Virus record (IMG/VR): IMGVR_UViG_3300042197_002147
Coordinates: 64,001 to 128,000 of that record
DNA: 64,000 bases
Source of the DNA: a virus
Direction: 5' to 3' (one strand)
The notes beneath the pieces were generated by a model. It made no database searches. It had not been told where the DNA came from and saw nothing but the letters and a program-made list of their open reading frames with translations. Both the position numbers and the translations under genes were made by a program. Below, piece after piece: positions 56,192 to 64,000 of this stretch. Numbering within the stretch: the first letter of the stretch is position 1; each line of letters starts with the position of its first letter.

Positions 56192-56220
56192 ATTGTATCA
56201 CTTTCTTTATTATCAATCAA
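56192..56220 (-). promoter_or_regulatory. Sigma70-type promoter for the exonuclease (leaderless)
   Basis: - strand TTGATT-17 bp-TACAAT with TG extension; ATG 6 nt downstream at 56185. Confidence 0.65.
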
Positions 56221-57262
56221 CTTTTTTTACAATAGAATTTACTTCGGATTTTAACTTTGCACCTTTTCTAGATTTTAGAAATTTGTTGACATGTCTGTTG
56301 ACCATTGAATTTAGATTATTTTCTGCTAAACCATATCCAATTGGTCTAAACATTTGTTGTGCTCCATAATAACCAAAGGCCGGATCTATTGGTTCTCTTC
56401 TTCTTTGTGACATGGTTGGTTGTGTGCTTTGACCCACCAAGTTTGATCTAGTTTCTGCGCCAACTGCACCCAAATATTCTGGTTCTCTTATTCTTATTGG
56501 TCTACCGGAACCATCATCATCAGAACCAAGTAACTTACTGGCTCCGTAACCCAACAAAGCAAGTCTTCCGTATTTTCCTAGTTTTCCTAGTCTTCCTGTT
56601 TTTGCCATTTTGTCTGTTACCCTTACTCTCTGTATTGCTTTTTGTATAGCAGTTTTTTGTGGTCTTGCTATTTTTGTTTGTGGATACTTTGGAGGCAATT
56701 GCATATTACCTTCTCTATAACTAGATGCCATTCTTTCATTTCTTGATCGTGCAATGTTTGCTCTTACTGTTTTTTGTATTTCTGCTTTTGCTTTTGCGGC
56801 AGCAGAAACTGCTTGGGCTCCTTGAGTTCCTGCTTTTGCCGCATCAACTGCATTTGATGTTGTTTTTGCTGCTGTGGCAGCAGCGTCAGTTGCTTTTGCG
56901 GCAGTTGAAAGTCCTTTTGCTGCTTTTCCTAATTTTGCCGCACCTCCAGCAAATGGAATTACACTTGCGGCAGCCATTCCACCTCTCATCGCAGCATCAC
57001 CATATTGTCCTTGTACGACATCAACCGCTCCACTGGCAAGATCCATCACAGCACCAACTCCCTGACCAACTACTGGAATAAAACTTGCACCCGCAGATAC
57101 AACATCTGCATAATTTTGAATTGTGTCAACTATACCTCCATCTTCTTCATCGTCTTCTGCGGAAGCTATGAATTTATATTCTTCAAGGTTTTTGCTCTCA
57201 CTCAAGTAATTTTTTTGAGTGTTTGCTTGTAACCAGTAAAGATATGTTTCTTTGTTATTCAT
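56213..57262 (-). CDS. Putative virion/ejection protein with pre-toxin-like hydrophobic hairpin
   Basis: SFIPVVG...SVIPFAGG motifs, Ala/Lys-rich helix, LSE/LEE/LAE sites. Confidence 0.55.
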   Translation of the reverse strand: MNNKETYLYWLQANTQKNYLSESKNLEEYKFIASAEDDEEDGGIVDTIQNYADVVSAGASFIPVVGQGVGAVMDLASGAVDVVQGQYGDAAMRGGMAAASVIPFAGGAAKLGKAAKGLSTAAKATDAAATAAKTTSNAVDAAKAGTQGAQAVSAAAKAKAEIQKTVRANIARSRNERMASSYREGNMQLPPKYPQTKIARPQKTAIQKAIQRVRVTDKMAKTGRLGKLGKYGRLALLGYGASKLLGSDDDGSGRPIRIREPEYLGAVGAETRSNLVGQSTQPTMSQRRREPIDPAFGYYGAQQMFRPIGYGLAENNLNSMVNRHVNKFLKSRKGAKLKSEVNSIVKKVD

Positions 57263-57562
57263 TCAACCTCTCCAGAGTCTGCCAGTGTTTGTTTTTGTTT
57301 TTTCTAGTTTACCGTGATACTTTTTGGACAAACCAGATTTCATTTTGTTCATTAGTTCTGACCATCTTCCTCCAGTTGCTTTGTCTGGAGACATTGTTGC
57401 ATCGCTTCCAAGACCCGGTAACAATGTTGAAAAATCTTTGTTTATTTTCTTTTTGTTACATTTTGGGCATTTATCTTTTGTGGGCAAATCTCTTTCACTT
57501 ATTTTTAAAACTTTTTCAAATTTATAATCACACGCTTCACAAACATAACCATAATTTGGCAT
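57263..57562 (-). CDS. FmdB-family zinc-ribbon protein
   Basis: MPNYGYVCEACDYKFE...CPKC. Confidence 0.85.
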   Translation of the reverse strand: MPNYGYVCEACDYKFEKVLKISERDLPTKDKCPKCNKKKINKDFSTLLPGLGSDATMSPDKATGGRWSELMNKMKSGLSKKYHGKLEKTKTNTGRLWRG

Positions 57563-57564
57563 TT

Positions 57565-57831
57565 TTAACCCTCTTGTGCTTTCTGCTGAGCTCTTTGTAC
57601 TCTTCTTTCCAAATCTCTATCAATTGTGTTCATTTCCGGTGGAACTTGTTGTCTACCGAAACCATTCATTCTTCTGTCAAATGTAGATTGACGAGCTTTT
57701 CCTATTGCATTATTTCCTTCTGGAACATTTACTGCAAATGGACCGCCTTGTCTCCTTGCAAGAAGTCTTTCCTTTTCGTTTTGCACTGCGTTTCTTCCAA
57801 CATTTGTTGGTGTGAATCTTTGATTGGCCAT
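57565..57831 (-). CDS. Hypothetical protein
   Basis: 88 aa, AGAGG RBS, co-oriented in the late operon. Confidence 0.6.
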   Translation of the reverse strand: MANQRFTPTNVGRNAVQNEKERLLARRQGGPFAVNVPEGNNAIGKARQSTFDRRMNGFGRQQVPPEMNTIDRDLERRVQRAQQKAQEG

Positions 57832-57834
57832 TTG

Positions 57835-58203
57835 TTACCTCTTTTTCTTTAATCTTTTTCCGATTATGTCTCTTACTCTATTTCCCAAGATTCTCATGTT
57901 TGTGCTTTTTTGTGCGCCATATATTTTGCCTGCTTCTTCGGATGGACTCACACGGCGACCAGTTTTGCTGCTTTGACCCCGAACTGTAGATGTGAACATA
58001 TCTTTCATTGCATTTAGGGCGCGAGCGGAATGTTGTGGGGATTTTGCATTTACCACTCTTTCCATTGAGTTGTGTAACAAACCTATGTGCCTTTCGGCAT
58101 CCATCATATTTTCTTTATGTTTTGTTCTCAATGCACGAATTTTTTGGTTTGCTATATCAACAACTTTTTGTGCATGTCCTCTACAAATATCTGGTATTGC
58201 CAT
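57835..58203 (-). CDS. Basic hypothetical protein
   Basis: 122 aa; GAGGA RBS and late promoter upstream. Confidence 0.6.
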   Translation of the reverse strand: MAIPDICRGHAQKVVDIANQKIRALRTKHKENMMDAERHIGLLHNSMERVVNAKSPQHSARALNAMKDMFTSTVRGQSSKTGRRVSPSEEAGKIYGAQKSTNMRILGNRVRDIIGKRLKKKR

Positions 58204-58221
58204 GATCTTATCCTCTTGGTA

Positions 58222-58229
58222 TATTTATA
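58222..58229 (-). promoter_or_regulatory. T4-type late promoter
   Basis: TATAAATA on the - strand. Confidence 0.7.
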
Positions 58230-58264
58230 AAAGAAAATGCGCCGATTTACCATCGGCGCATTTC
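58229..58264 (-). terminator. Intrinsic terminator after the HNH gene
   Basis: AAATGCGCCGAT-TTACC-ATCGGCGCATTT hairpin with U-tract on the - strand. Confidence 0.8.
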
Positions 58265-58310
58265 CCACCCACATATATTCTATTGTCCATTGCCGTTTAT
58301 ATCTATGTTT

Positions 58311-58820
58311 TTAAACATTTACCCAACGATTCCATAAAACTAACTCATTTTCGTGTAAATGCTCTATTTGATAACCAATTGCATAAACTGGTTTTGGTTG
58401 TACCAAAAGTTTCATTTTTGCTTCGTGAGGTGTTCTGCTTCCTTTTTTCCTGTTGCAGTGCAAACAACAACAGACCATATTTTCCCATGTGTTGCCACCT
58501 CCCCTTGACCTCGGAATCACATGGTCTATCGTAGCAGATTTTTCCGATAAAGTAGAGGAACAGTATTGGCATTTTGATCTATCCCTTATTATTAAATTCT
58601 TTTTAGAAGGTCTTATTTCTGCTCTTGGTATGCGAACATACTTATTAAGCATCAATGCACTTGGTAAATAAAATATACCATTAGATGTCATAATCTGGTA
58701 GTCATTTTCATAATTGTATGGTTTTGATGCCTTACCAGACATATAGAGTTGGACTGCGCGAATCCAATCTATTACTTTTATTACTTCTTCTGATGCGTTT
58801 AACAATAACACTTTTCGCAT
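58311..58820 (-). CDS. HNH endonuclease (McrA-like)
   Basis: VLLLNAS, RD..CQYC, TIDHVIPRSRGG..WENMV.CC..CN..KG. Confidence 0.92.
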   Translation of the reverse strand: MRKVLLLNASEEVIKVIDWIRAVQLYMSGKASKPYNYENDYQIMTSNGIFYLPSALMLNKYVRIPRAEIRPSKKNLIIRDRSKCQYCSSTLSEKSATIDHVIPRSRGGGNTWENMVCCCLHCNRKKGSRTPHEAKMKLLVQPKPVYAIGYQIEHLHENELVLWNRWVNV

Positions 58821-58826
58821 AGTGGA

Positions 58827-58855
58827 ATTATAGTAATCAGTTAATTATATGTCAA
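58827..58855 (-). promoter_or_regulatory. Sigma70-type promoter for HNH (leaderless)
   Basis: - strand TTGACA(58855-50)-17 bp-TATAAT(58832-27); ATG at 58820. Confidence 0.85.
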
Positions 58856-60024
58856 ATAGAATTGTTTTTTCTTTTTAAGGAAATCTCGGCTGCCTTCTTT
58901 GCTCTCATGCGAAGAATTTCTCTTGGAGTCATCTGACTTTCTGGTTTTTGAGGCATTGGTCTTTGACCCAATTTTGCAACTATTTGATCGTGGGACATTC
59001 CACCACGATCAGAAAGGCGATCATATTCTGCATCCCATCTTTCCTCTTCTTCTTTGCCTTCATTTATTTTTTTCTTGCGAATCTGCCGTCTTTGGCGATC
59101 CAACATTTTAATTGCATGAAGAAGCGATCCTTCATTTTTCTTTTTACGATCTAAAAAGTAACTTGTGTTTACATGATATGGTCTACTGGCAGAAAAATCA
59201 CCTCTTTCTGGTTTCCAATCTTCATCCTCTACTTTTTGATGTTCGGTGTTAATTGTGTGCGTCTTTGATAATTTTTTGGATAAAAAGTCATATAAACTTT
59301 TTCTAGTATCTCTCAGATCTCCACTTTTAGTTTTTTGCATCTCTTCACTTGGTGTTGAACTGGTAAATATTATTCGATCTGGATTATGTGATTTTAAATG
59401 ATGACGAATTGCAGGCAAAACTGTTCGGAAAATTCCTAAAGACTTGTGACCTTCTTCGTCGGTTTTGCGCGACTCGCCATCAATATCAAAACTGATTTCG
59501 CTTGTGGTTCTTATTCCTTTTCTTTGCAAGGAAGGATGGGATTCTCTGTGATGAATGTAAACATTACCTTCTTTTCCTTCTGGTGTTCTGAAGGAATAAG
59601 TGTGTGATCCTTGTTCTCTGTATTTGGGGCCAAGCATTTCTGCATTTTTTCCGAAAGTGAAATCGGGTCTAAATGTATATGATAAATTATTTGATCCTTT
59701 TATTTTTCCTCGGTATACACGACTATGAGAACTCATTGGATCTAGTACTTTAGTAAAATATGGGTGTTTGCGAATTTTTTCGACAAATTTATCTCTCTCA
59801 TTAACATCATCATCTGTTAATGGTTTTTCTTTTGCTAGTTTAGGAAGTCTTTTGTTTTCCTTGTCTGCTTGTCTTGTTAACTTCACATAATCTTTTAACA
59901 TTTCTCTGCTGACACCTTTAATTGGATAATCTGCATCTCCAACACGAGAATGTTTTGTTGCAAAGAGATTTTGTCTCTTCTTTACTGCTTCATTAAGTTG
60001 ATTGACAAGTTTTTCTATTTTCAT
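58852..60024 (-). CDS. Putative internal head polyprotein
   Basis: MKIEKLVNQLNE|A leader; internal KNE and INE sites; central alpha/beta domain (ISFD...IFRTV...IIFTS...RKSLY). Confidence 0.55.
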   Translation of the reverse strand: MKIEKLVNQLNEAVKKRQNLFATKHSRVGDADYPIKGVSREMLKDYVKLTRQADKENKRLPKLAKEKPLTDDDVNERDKFVEKIRKHPYFTKVLDPMSSHSRVYRGKIKGSNNLSYTFRPDFTFGKNAEMLGPKYREQGSHTYSFRTPEGKEGNVYIHHRESHPSLQRKGIRTTSEISFDIDGESRKTDEEGHKSLGIFRTVLPAIRHHLKSHNPDRIIFTSSTPSEEMQKTKSGDLRDTRKSLYDFLSKKLSKTHTINTEHQKVEDEDWKPERGDFSASRPYHVNTSYFLDRKKKNEGSLLHAIKMLDRQRRQIRKKKINEGKEEEERWDAEYDRLSDRGGMSHDQIVAKLGQRPMPQKPESQMTPREILRMRAKKAAEISLKRKNNSI

Positions 60025-60815
60025 TTTGAATATGTAGGTTCACCTTTCTGATTAAATCCAGACACCTTGCCTTGCCACATGGCGCCTTCCACTGATCTTC
60101 TTCTGACCAAACCAGAACGAACTTGACCACCAGACTTGTTATAAAGGGACATAGCATTTGGTACTTCATGCCACTTTGATGGATCACTTAATTTTCCAGA
60201 TATTGTCTCAAAACCTTTTTTGCCATAAAATCCTGTGCCAAAATTATGAGCAAACGATGTTACTGCTGCTTGCTGGTGTGGTTTCATTTTGTCCCAGTGT
60301 GGTACTGTCTTTGATAATTTGTTTTTCATATCTTCAACATGAGACTCAAGATGTTTGTCTGCTTCTTCTCTTGTGACACTATCACCAAGTTTTACTGGTC
60401 GTCCATCAGCGTGTCTTGTCATCCCCCATCCAATTGTCGGAACACCACTTTTTGTTAATTTATCAGCATAAGCATTTGATCTAAAACCTTCAAAATGTTT
60501 TATCACACCATGCGAGAGATCAGTAAATCCAAGACCATTTGGTTTTGTTGGTTCTTGCTTTTGAACCTCTTTTTGTTTAGGTGCCGGGGATACTTGTGAA
60601 ACAACCCTATTACCAAGAGCATTGGGTTTTTCCTTTTGAGTATGCCCGGCTAGTGATAATGCAATTGGTACGGCTGCAAGACCAGCACCAATTCCTAAAT
60701 TACGAATGAAACTCTTTCCTTTTTTTGAAAAGATTGCTTCGTTTATTTTTTTTGTTTTTTTGGTCTTATACCTACAACCACAAGACTCTTCGTAAAACAT
60801 TGAAAACGATTTCAT
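60021..60815 (-). CDS. GH24 (T4-lysozyme-like) muramidase with capsid-targeting-like leader and hydrophobic segment
   Basis: IKHFEGF...AYAD...PTIGWG, AVTSFAHNFG, GLVRRR..E; MKSFSMFYEE|S leader. Confidence 0.88.
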   Translation of the reverse strand: MKSFSMFYEESCGCRYKTKKTKKINEAIFSKKGKSFIRNLGIGAGLAAVPIALSLAGHTQKEKPNALGNRVVSQVSPAPKQKEVQKQEPTKPNGLGFTDLSHGVIKHFEGFRSNAYADKLTKSGVPTIGWGMTRHADGRPVKLGDSVTREEADKHLESHVEDMKNKLSKTVPHWDKMKPHQQAAVTSFAHNFGTGFYGKKGFETISGKLSDPSKWHEVPNAMSLYNKSGGQVRSGLVRRRSVEGAMWQGKVSGFNQKGEPTYSK

Positions 60816-61192
60816 TCATAAAACTCCGGGTATTCTTTACCATACATTCTTATTAATCTGCCTGCAAGTGCATTTGCTTCATCTTCGTGTGGAGAACCAG
60901 TTGAACCATCTAACATACTAGGGTCATCAATTTCTTCATGTTGTTTTTGATGAACCATTTCATGTGCAATACTTCTGCAAATATCACAAAGAGCGCGGTT
61001 CTTTACATAAATTTTCATTTCACCATTGCCAAGATTATAATTTGCAGTTGTCATTTCTGGTTCACGAACCACCAACAATTTTATTATTGGTTTTCTTTTA
61101 ATACCAAGAACATTTGTTGCAAAGTCAACAAAATGCCCAACTTTAGAATTGAGTTCTGTTGCTTCACGAAGATGTTGTTTGAATTTTTTCAT
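60812..61192 (-). CDS. Zincin-like metallopeptidase domain protein
   Basis: RSIAHEMVH (HExxH)...EDEANALAG; MKKFKQHLRE|A leader. Confidence 0.75.
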   Translation of the reverse strand: MKKFKQHLREATELNSKVGHFVDFATNVLGIKRKPIIKLLVVREPEMTTANYNLGNGEMKIYVKNRALCDICRSIAHEMVHQKQHEEIDDPSMLDGSTGSPHEDEANALAGRLIRMYGKEYPEFYE

Positions 61193-61827
61193 TATGGTTT
61201 TGGTGGTGGTGGTGGAGGTGGTGGCGGTGGAGGTGGTGGGGGAATCACTGGGATAGGGAAAGGAACCGGGAATATATCTTTCGTAGGAGTTCCCCCCTTG
61301 AATGGATATTCATACATTGGTGGTTCGTAAGGTTCACCCGGAAGTTTTGGCCAATGATATGGCCAATCTTTATTCCATTTCCACTTTCCTACGGGACTTT
61401 CATCTCTTATTGCCGGTTTGTAAAATCGGTTTCCCGGAACTGCTGGACCGTTCCACCATTGATCCCATTTTTTTGCCCCCTTGTCAAGAAGACCCCATGG
61501 AATCACTTTTAAAGCTAGCTTCGCCAACCATTGGGACAATGATTCAGTTATATAATTTGCAACTTCATTTTTTTGTTGTTCTGTTATCTGTTGATTTAAT
61601 AAAAATTTATAGTTATTTTTTATAAAATCTTCATCTTGTAACAGACATTCAAATAGAGTAAGAAGTGCAGCATCTTCTGTTGGTCTTTTTCTATTTTTAT
61701 CCTCTAATAAAATTTTATACATTTCTGGTGAATGATAAAGTTCTGTAATTATTTTTGATTTGTTTTCTAAAATAATTATTTTAAGATTTTCTTGAAGAGT
61801 GTATTGTTGTTGTTCAGTTAAATTCAT
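61192..61827 (-). CDS. Pro/Trp-rich protein with poly-proline tail
   Basis: N-half rich in (I/L)xE sites; C-terminal run of ~13 Pro. Confidence 0.65.
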   Translation of the reverse strand: MNLTEQQQYTLQENLKIIILENKSKIITELYHSPEMYKILLEDKNRKRPTEDAALLTLFECLLQDEDFIKNNYKFLLNQQITEQQKNEVANYITESLSQWLAKLALKVIPWGLLDKGAKKWDQWWNGPAVPGNRFYKPAIRDESPVGKWKWNKDWPYHWPKLPGEPYEPPMYEYPFKGGTPTKDIFPVPFPIPVIPPPPPPPPPPPPPPKP

Positions 61828-62024
61828 TTTTTTATATCTCTGATAAATTGTTTCAATGGAACATATTTTTTTATAGAGAAGCCCAATCTGTAAATTTTAT
61901 TTTGAATTTTTTCAATTCCTGTTGGTTCTGGATAACCAGTTGGTGTGTTTAGTGGACCTATTTGTTTTTTTTGACCAGATGCTTTCTGATTTGCTTTAAA
62001 GTTCATTTTGTTTGAGCTTTTCAT
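61824..62024 (-). CDS. Small hypothetical protein
   Basis: 66 aa co-oriented ORF overlapping both neighbours. Confidence 0.45.
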   Translation of the reverse strand: MKSSNKMNFKANQKASGQKKQIGPLNTPTGYPEPTGIEKIQNKIYRLGFSIKKYVPLKQFIRDIKK

Positions 62025-62529
62025 TTAGAATTTGAATGTATCTGTGTCTCAACATTTCTGGTAAATCGACACTTGGTGGTGGTGAGCCTGGTTTAGGTAA
62101 TGGTATTGTCACATGTTTCCAACCTTCTTGTGGGTCAAAGTGCCATGGATTGTTAGCGGGAATTGTTCCCCACCCTGGCCAAAATGGACCAGGATCTCCG
62201 GGATGAAAGTCTGGACCCCATTGACCGGGTGGAACCCAGTCGCCCCAATTTCCACCACCGGGAGTAAATGGCATATTGGGTGGAATATCTGGATTATATC
62301 CTTGCGGTCCGATATCATCGCCCTGTCTTATTATACCTCTTATCCAATCTTTTATTACTCTCCTCAGTTCTGGTGGTATTCTTCCCTCTTTAAGTTCGCC
62401 TGAGTTTTCTAAATTAAAAATTATATAATTTAAGAAACTTTCCTCTAACATCATTTTTTCTATGATGTTTGAGCATTTTTTGTGTTCACTTAAAAATTTT
62501 GTAACTGATTGTTTTAGATTCTTATTCAT
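61996..62529 (-). CDS. Pro/Gly/Trp-rich protein
   Basis: GGGNWGDWVPPGQWGPDFHPGDPGPFWPGWG low-complexity region after an LKE site. Confidence 0.65.
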   Translation of the reverse strand: MNKNLKQSVTKFLSEHKKCSNIIEKMMLEESFLNYIIFNLENSGELKEGRIPPELRRVIKDWIRGIIRQGDDIGPQGYNPDIPPNMPFTPGGGNWGDWVPPGQWGPDFHPGDPGPFWPGWGTIPANNPWHFDPQEGWKHVTIPLPKPGSPPPSVDLPEMLRHRYIQILNEKLKQNEL

Positions 62530-62713
62530 TTTTGTTTAATCTCTCTTTCCTTATTTTGCAACATTTGTCACAATTACACCTTGTAATTTTTTTACCATTT
62601 TTTGACTTATGATTTCTTTTTAGTTTTTTGAATTTGTCTTTTTCTTGTTTTCTTTTTCGATGAATATGCTTTGATTTTTTTAAGTTGTCGAGATATTCCT
62701 CGTATGAATTCAT
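62522..62713 (-). CDS. Small highly basic protein with CxCxxCC motif
   Basis: 63 aa, Lys/Arg-rich, RCNCDKCC. Confidence 0.55.
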   Translation of the reverse strand: MNSYEEYLDNLKKSKHIHRKRKQEKDKFKKLKRNHKSKNGKKITRCNCDKCCKIRKERLNKNE

Positions 62714-62717
62714 TCAA

Positions 62718-63449
62718 CTAAATTCCCTTTTTACTTCTTCTCCATGCTCGAACAAGAGCAATTCTGTTTGCTGCATTGTTCAGATCTTTATAAACATTTC
62801 CCGATGGTTTTACTCCGGCACTTTTAATTGTTGATTTAATTTTATTTTCTGTTGTTGGATCTACTTTGAATCCCATTGCTGTTGAAAAATCTTGTTTTGG
62901 TTTTTTACCTTTAGAAACTTTTTGAGGTTTTTGTTGTGTAGAAACATCTATTTCTTCTTTTACAGTTTCTTGATTTTTCTTTGCAAATCCAACATTCGGA
63001 TCTCTTATTGTATCCAACACCCATTGATTTAGTGGAGAATCTAGCACAGTTTGTGGATTTGCGTTTTGTGAAATTGGGAGTTCTTCAATTCCTGTATCTG
63101 GACTGACAAGACCCATTTGAATTCCCTTTTGCTTTACCATTTGAAGTCTTTCATTTTGTCTTGCTTTATTTAATGCTTGCCATGGTTTTGCTGCTTTATC
63201 AATGTCAACGCCATATTTTTTTGCAACATTTTTTGCAAAATCATAGTCCTTGGAAGTAATTTCAAAACCCATTCCTAGTCTTGTTTCTTTGTTTTTAGGA
63301 TCGAAACCAGCACCAGCAGGATTTTGAACTAATATTTTTCCTTGGTATCCACCTGCAAGCGCCGAAGCAGCACCCAAGTCATCACCAACAGGGGTAATTC
63401 CACCGGGGTCTATTTCTCCAACACTGTATTCTTTTAACAATTTTTTCAT
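62718..63449 (-). CDS. Putative internal head protein
   Basis: MKKLLKE|Y leader; internal VKEE site. Confidence 0.55.
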   Translation of the reverse strand: MKKLLKEYSVGEIDPGGITPVGDDLGAASALAGGYQGKILVQNPAGAGFDPKNKETRLGMGFEITSKDYDFAKNVAKKYGVDIDKAAKPWQALNKARQNERLQMVKQKGIQMGLVSPDTGIEELPISQNANPQTVLDSPLNQWVLDTIRDPNVGFAKKNQETVKEEIDVSTQQKPQKVSKGKKPKQDFSTAMGFKVDPTTENKIKSTIKSAGVKPSGNVYKDLNNAANRIALVRAWRRSKKGI

Positions 63450-63838
63450 TTTAGTCCATTTCTCGTCAGGTTTATAATTTTATTTATCTGAAGATCACAT
63501 TGTGCTATTCTTTGAGCTCCTGGCCAATAAATGTAATCTTTTTCTTTGTTTTTCTTCAGATTTAATAGCAAGGGAACTATATTTTTTTCTAATTCCAATA
63601 GGCGTGCTTTCATCAATTCATCATATTGAGCCTTTACAGCAATTGCACCCTCACAAGTAGAGTTCATTTCTATGATTTGATCTAATTTTGCCTTTATTGC
63701 TGTTATTTCTTCGCTATCGGTTGATGGATTTAATATGGATCCCAACTCATTTTGATCTACTGTACTAAAACCAAAATCAGACCCTTCTTCCATGTATTGT
63801 TTTAAAATGTCGTCTGGAATATTTTCCTGAAATGCCAT
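63446..63838 (-). CDS. Conserved T4-like hypothetical protein
   Basis: DFGFSTVD...IVPLLLNLKKN.EKDYIYWP pattern; AGAGGA RBS. Confidence 0.7.
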   Translation of the reverse strand: MAFQENIPDDILKQYMEEGSDFGFSTVDQNELGSILNPSTDSEEITAIKAKLDQIIEMNSTCEGAIAVKAQYDELMKARLLELEKNIVPLLLNLKKNKEKDYIYWPGAQRIAQCDLQINKIINLTRNGLK

Positions 63839-63854
63839 ATTGTCCTCTTTTTGA

Positions 63855-63866
63855 TATTTATAAATA
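63855..63866. promoter_or_regulatory. Back-to-back late promoters (palindromic TATTTATAAATA)
   Basis: TATAAATA on both strands between divergent genes. Confidence 0.7.
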
Positions 63867-63890
63867 CAAATAAGTAAAGCGGAGACTTAT

Positions 63891-64000
63891 ATGAATCACA
63901 AAATAATTACCGAAAAAGAAAAATATTTAATCTCACAATTCATAAATGAAGAATTAAAAAATTTAGAAAAATTCATACAAACTCAGAGTGTGCTGGAAGA
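63891..64000 (+). CDS. 5' part of a CDS truncated by the window edge
   Basis: GGAG RBS + ATG 63891, open to the end (MNHKIITEKEKYLISQFINEE...). Confidence 0.55.
   Translation, partial: MNHKIITEKEKYLISQFINEELKNLEKFIQTQSVLE

Noticed and set aside
60938-61330. + strand poly-Gly ORF
   Set aside because: Antisense shadow of the poly-Pro tail of the - strand gene, which fits the operon

Overview
This 64 kb AT-rich window is a segment of a large T4-like (myovirus-type) phage genome read in the standard genetic code. The + strand from 1 to ~43.2 kb carries the T4-type replication core (rnh, gp45/44/62, regA, a split gp43A/gp43B polymerase, uvsX, gp41, gp61), nucleotide metabolism (dUTPase, ThyX, class II RNR) and two orphan SPPY-type methyltransferases with modification-associated neighbours. 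It also holds a ~10 kb glycosyl/methyltransferase island, a ~10 kb tail-fibre/adhesin island and, between the two polymerase halves, a SPOUT methylase with six tRNAs and an unexplained ~145 nt tRNA-like RNA. From ~43.2 to 63.8 kb genes are mostly on the - strand and under late promoters. Many begin with a T4 capsid-targeting-like leader (MKxF...L/YxE), some are multi-module polyproteins, and two tandem genes end in PEP-CTERM-like sorting signals of the P(A/S)PG type, which hints at a Planctomycetota (Phycisphaerae-like) host. Six of seven sigma70-type promoters place the ATG 6-7 nt after the -10 box, implying leaderless mRNAs. The best candidates for undescribed biology are a phage-encoded exosortase-substrate plus glycan surface-remodelling system, a capsid-packaged polyprotein payload, a TrmL-like tRNA-protection cassette and two structured ncRNAs. 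All family assignments come from motif recognition by eye, not database searches.
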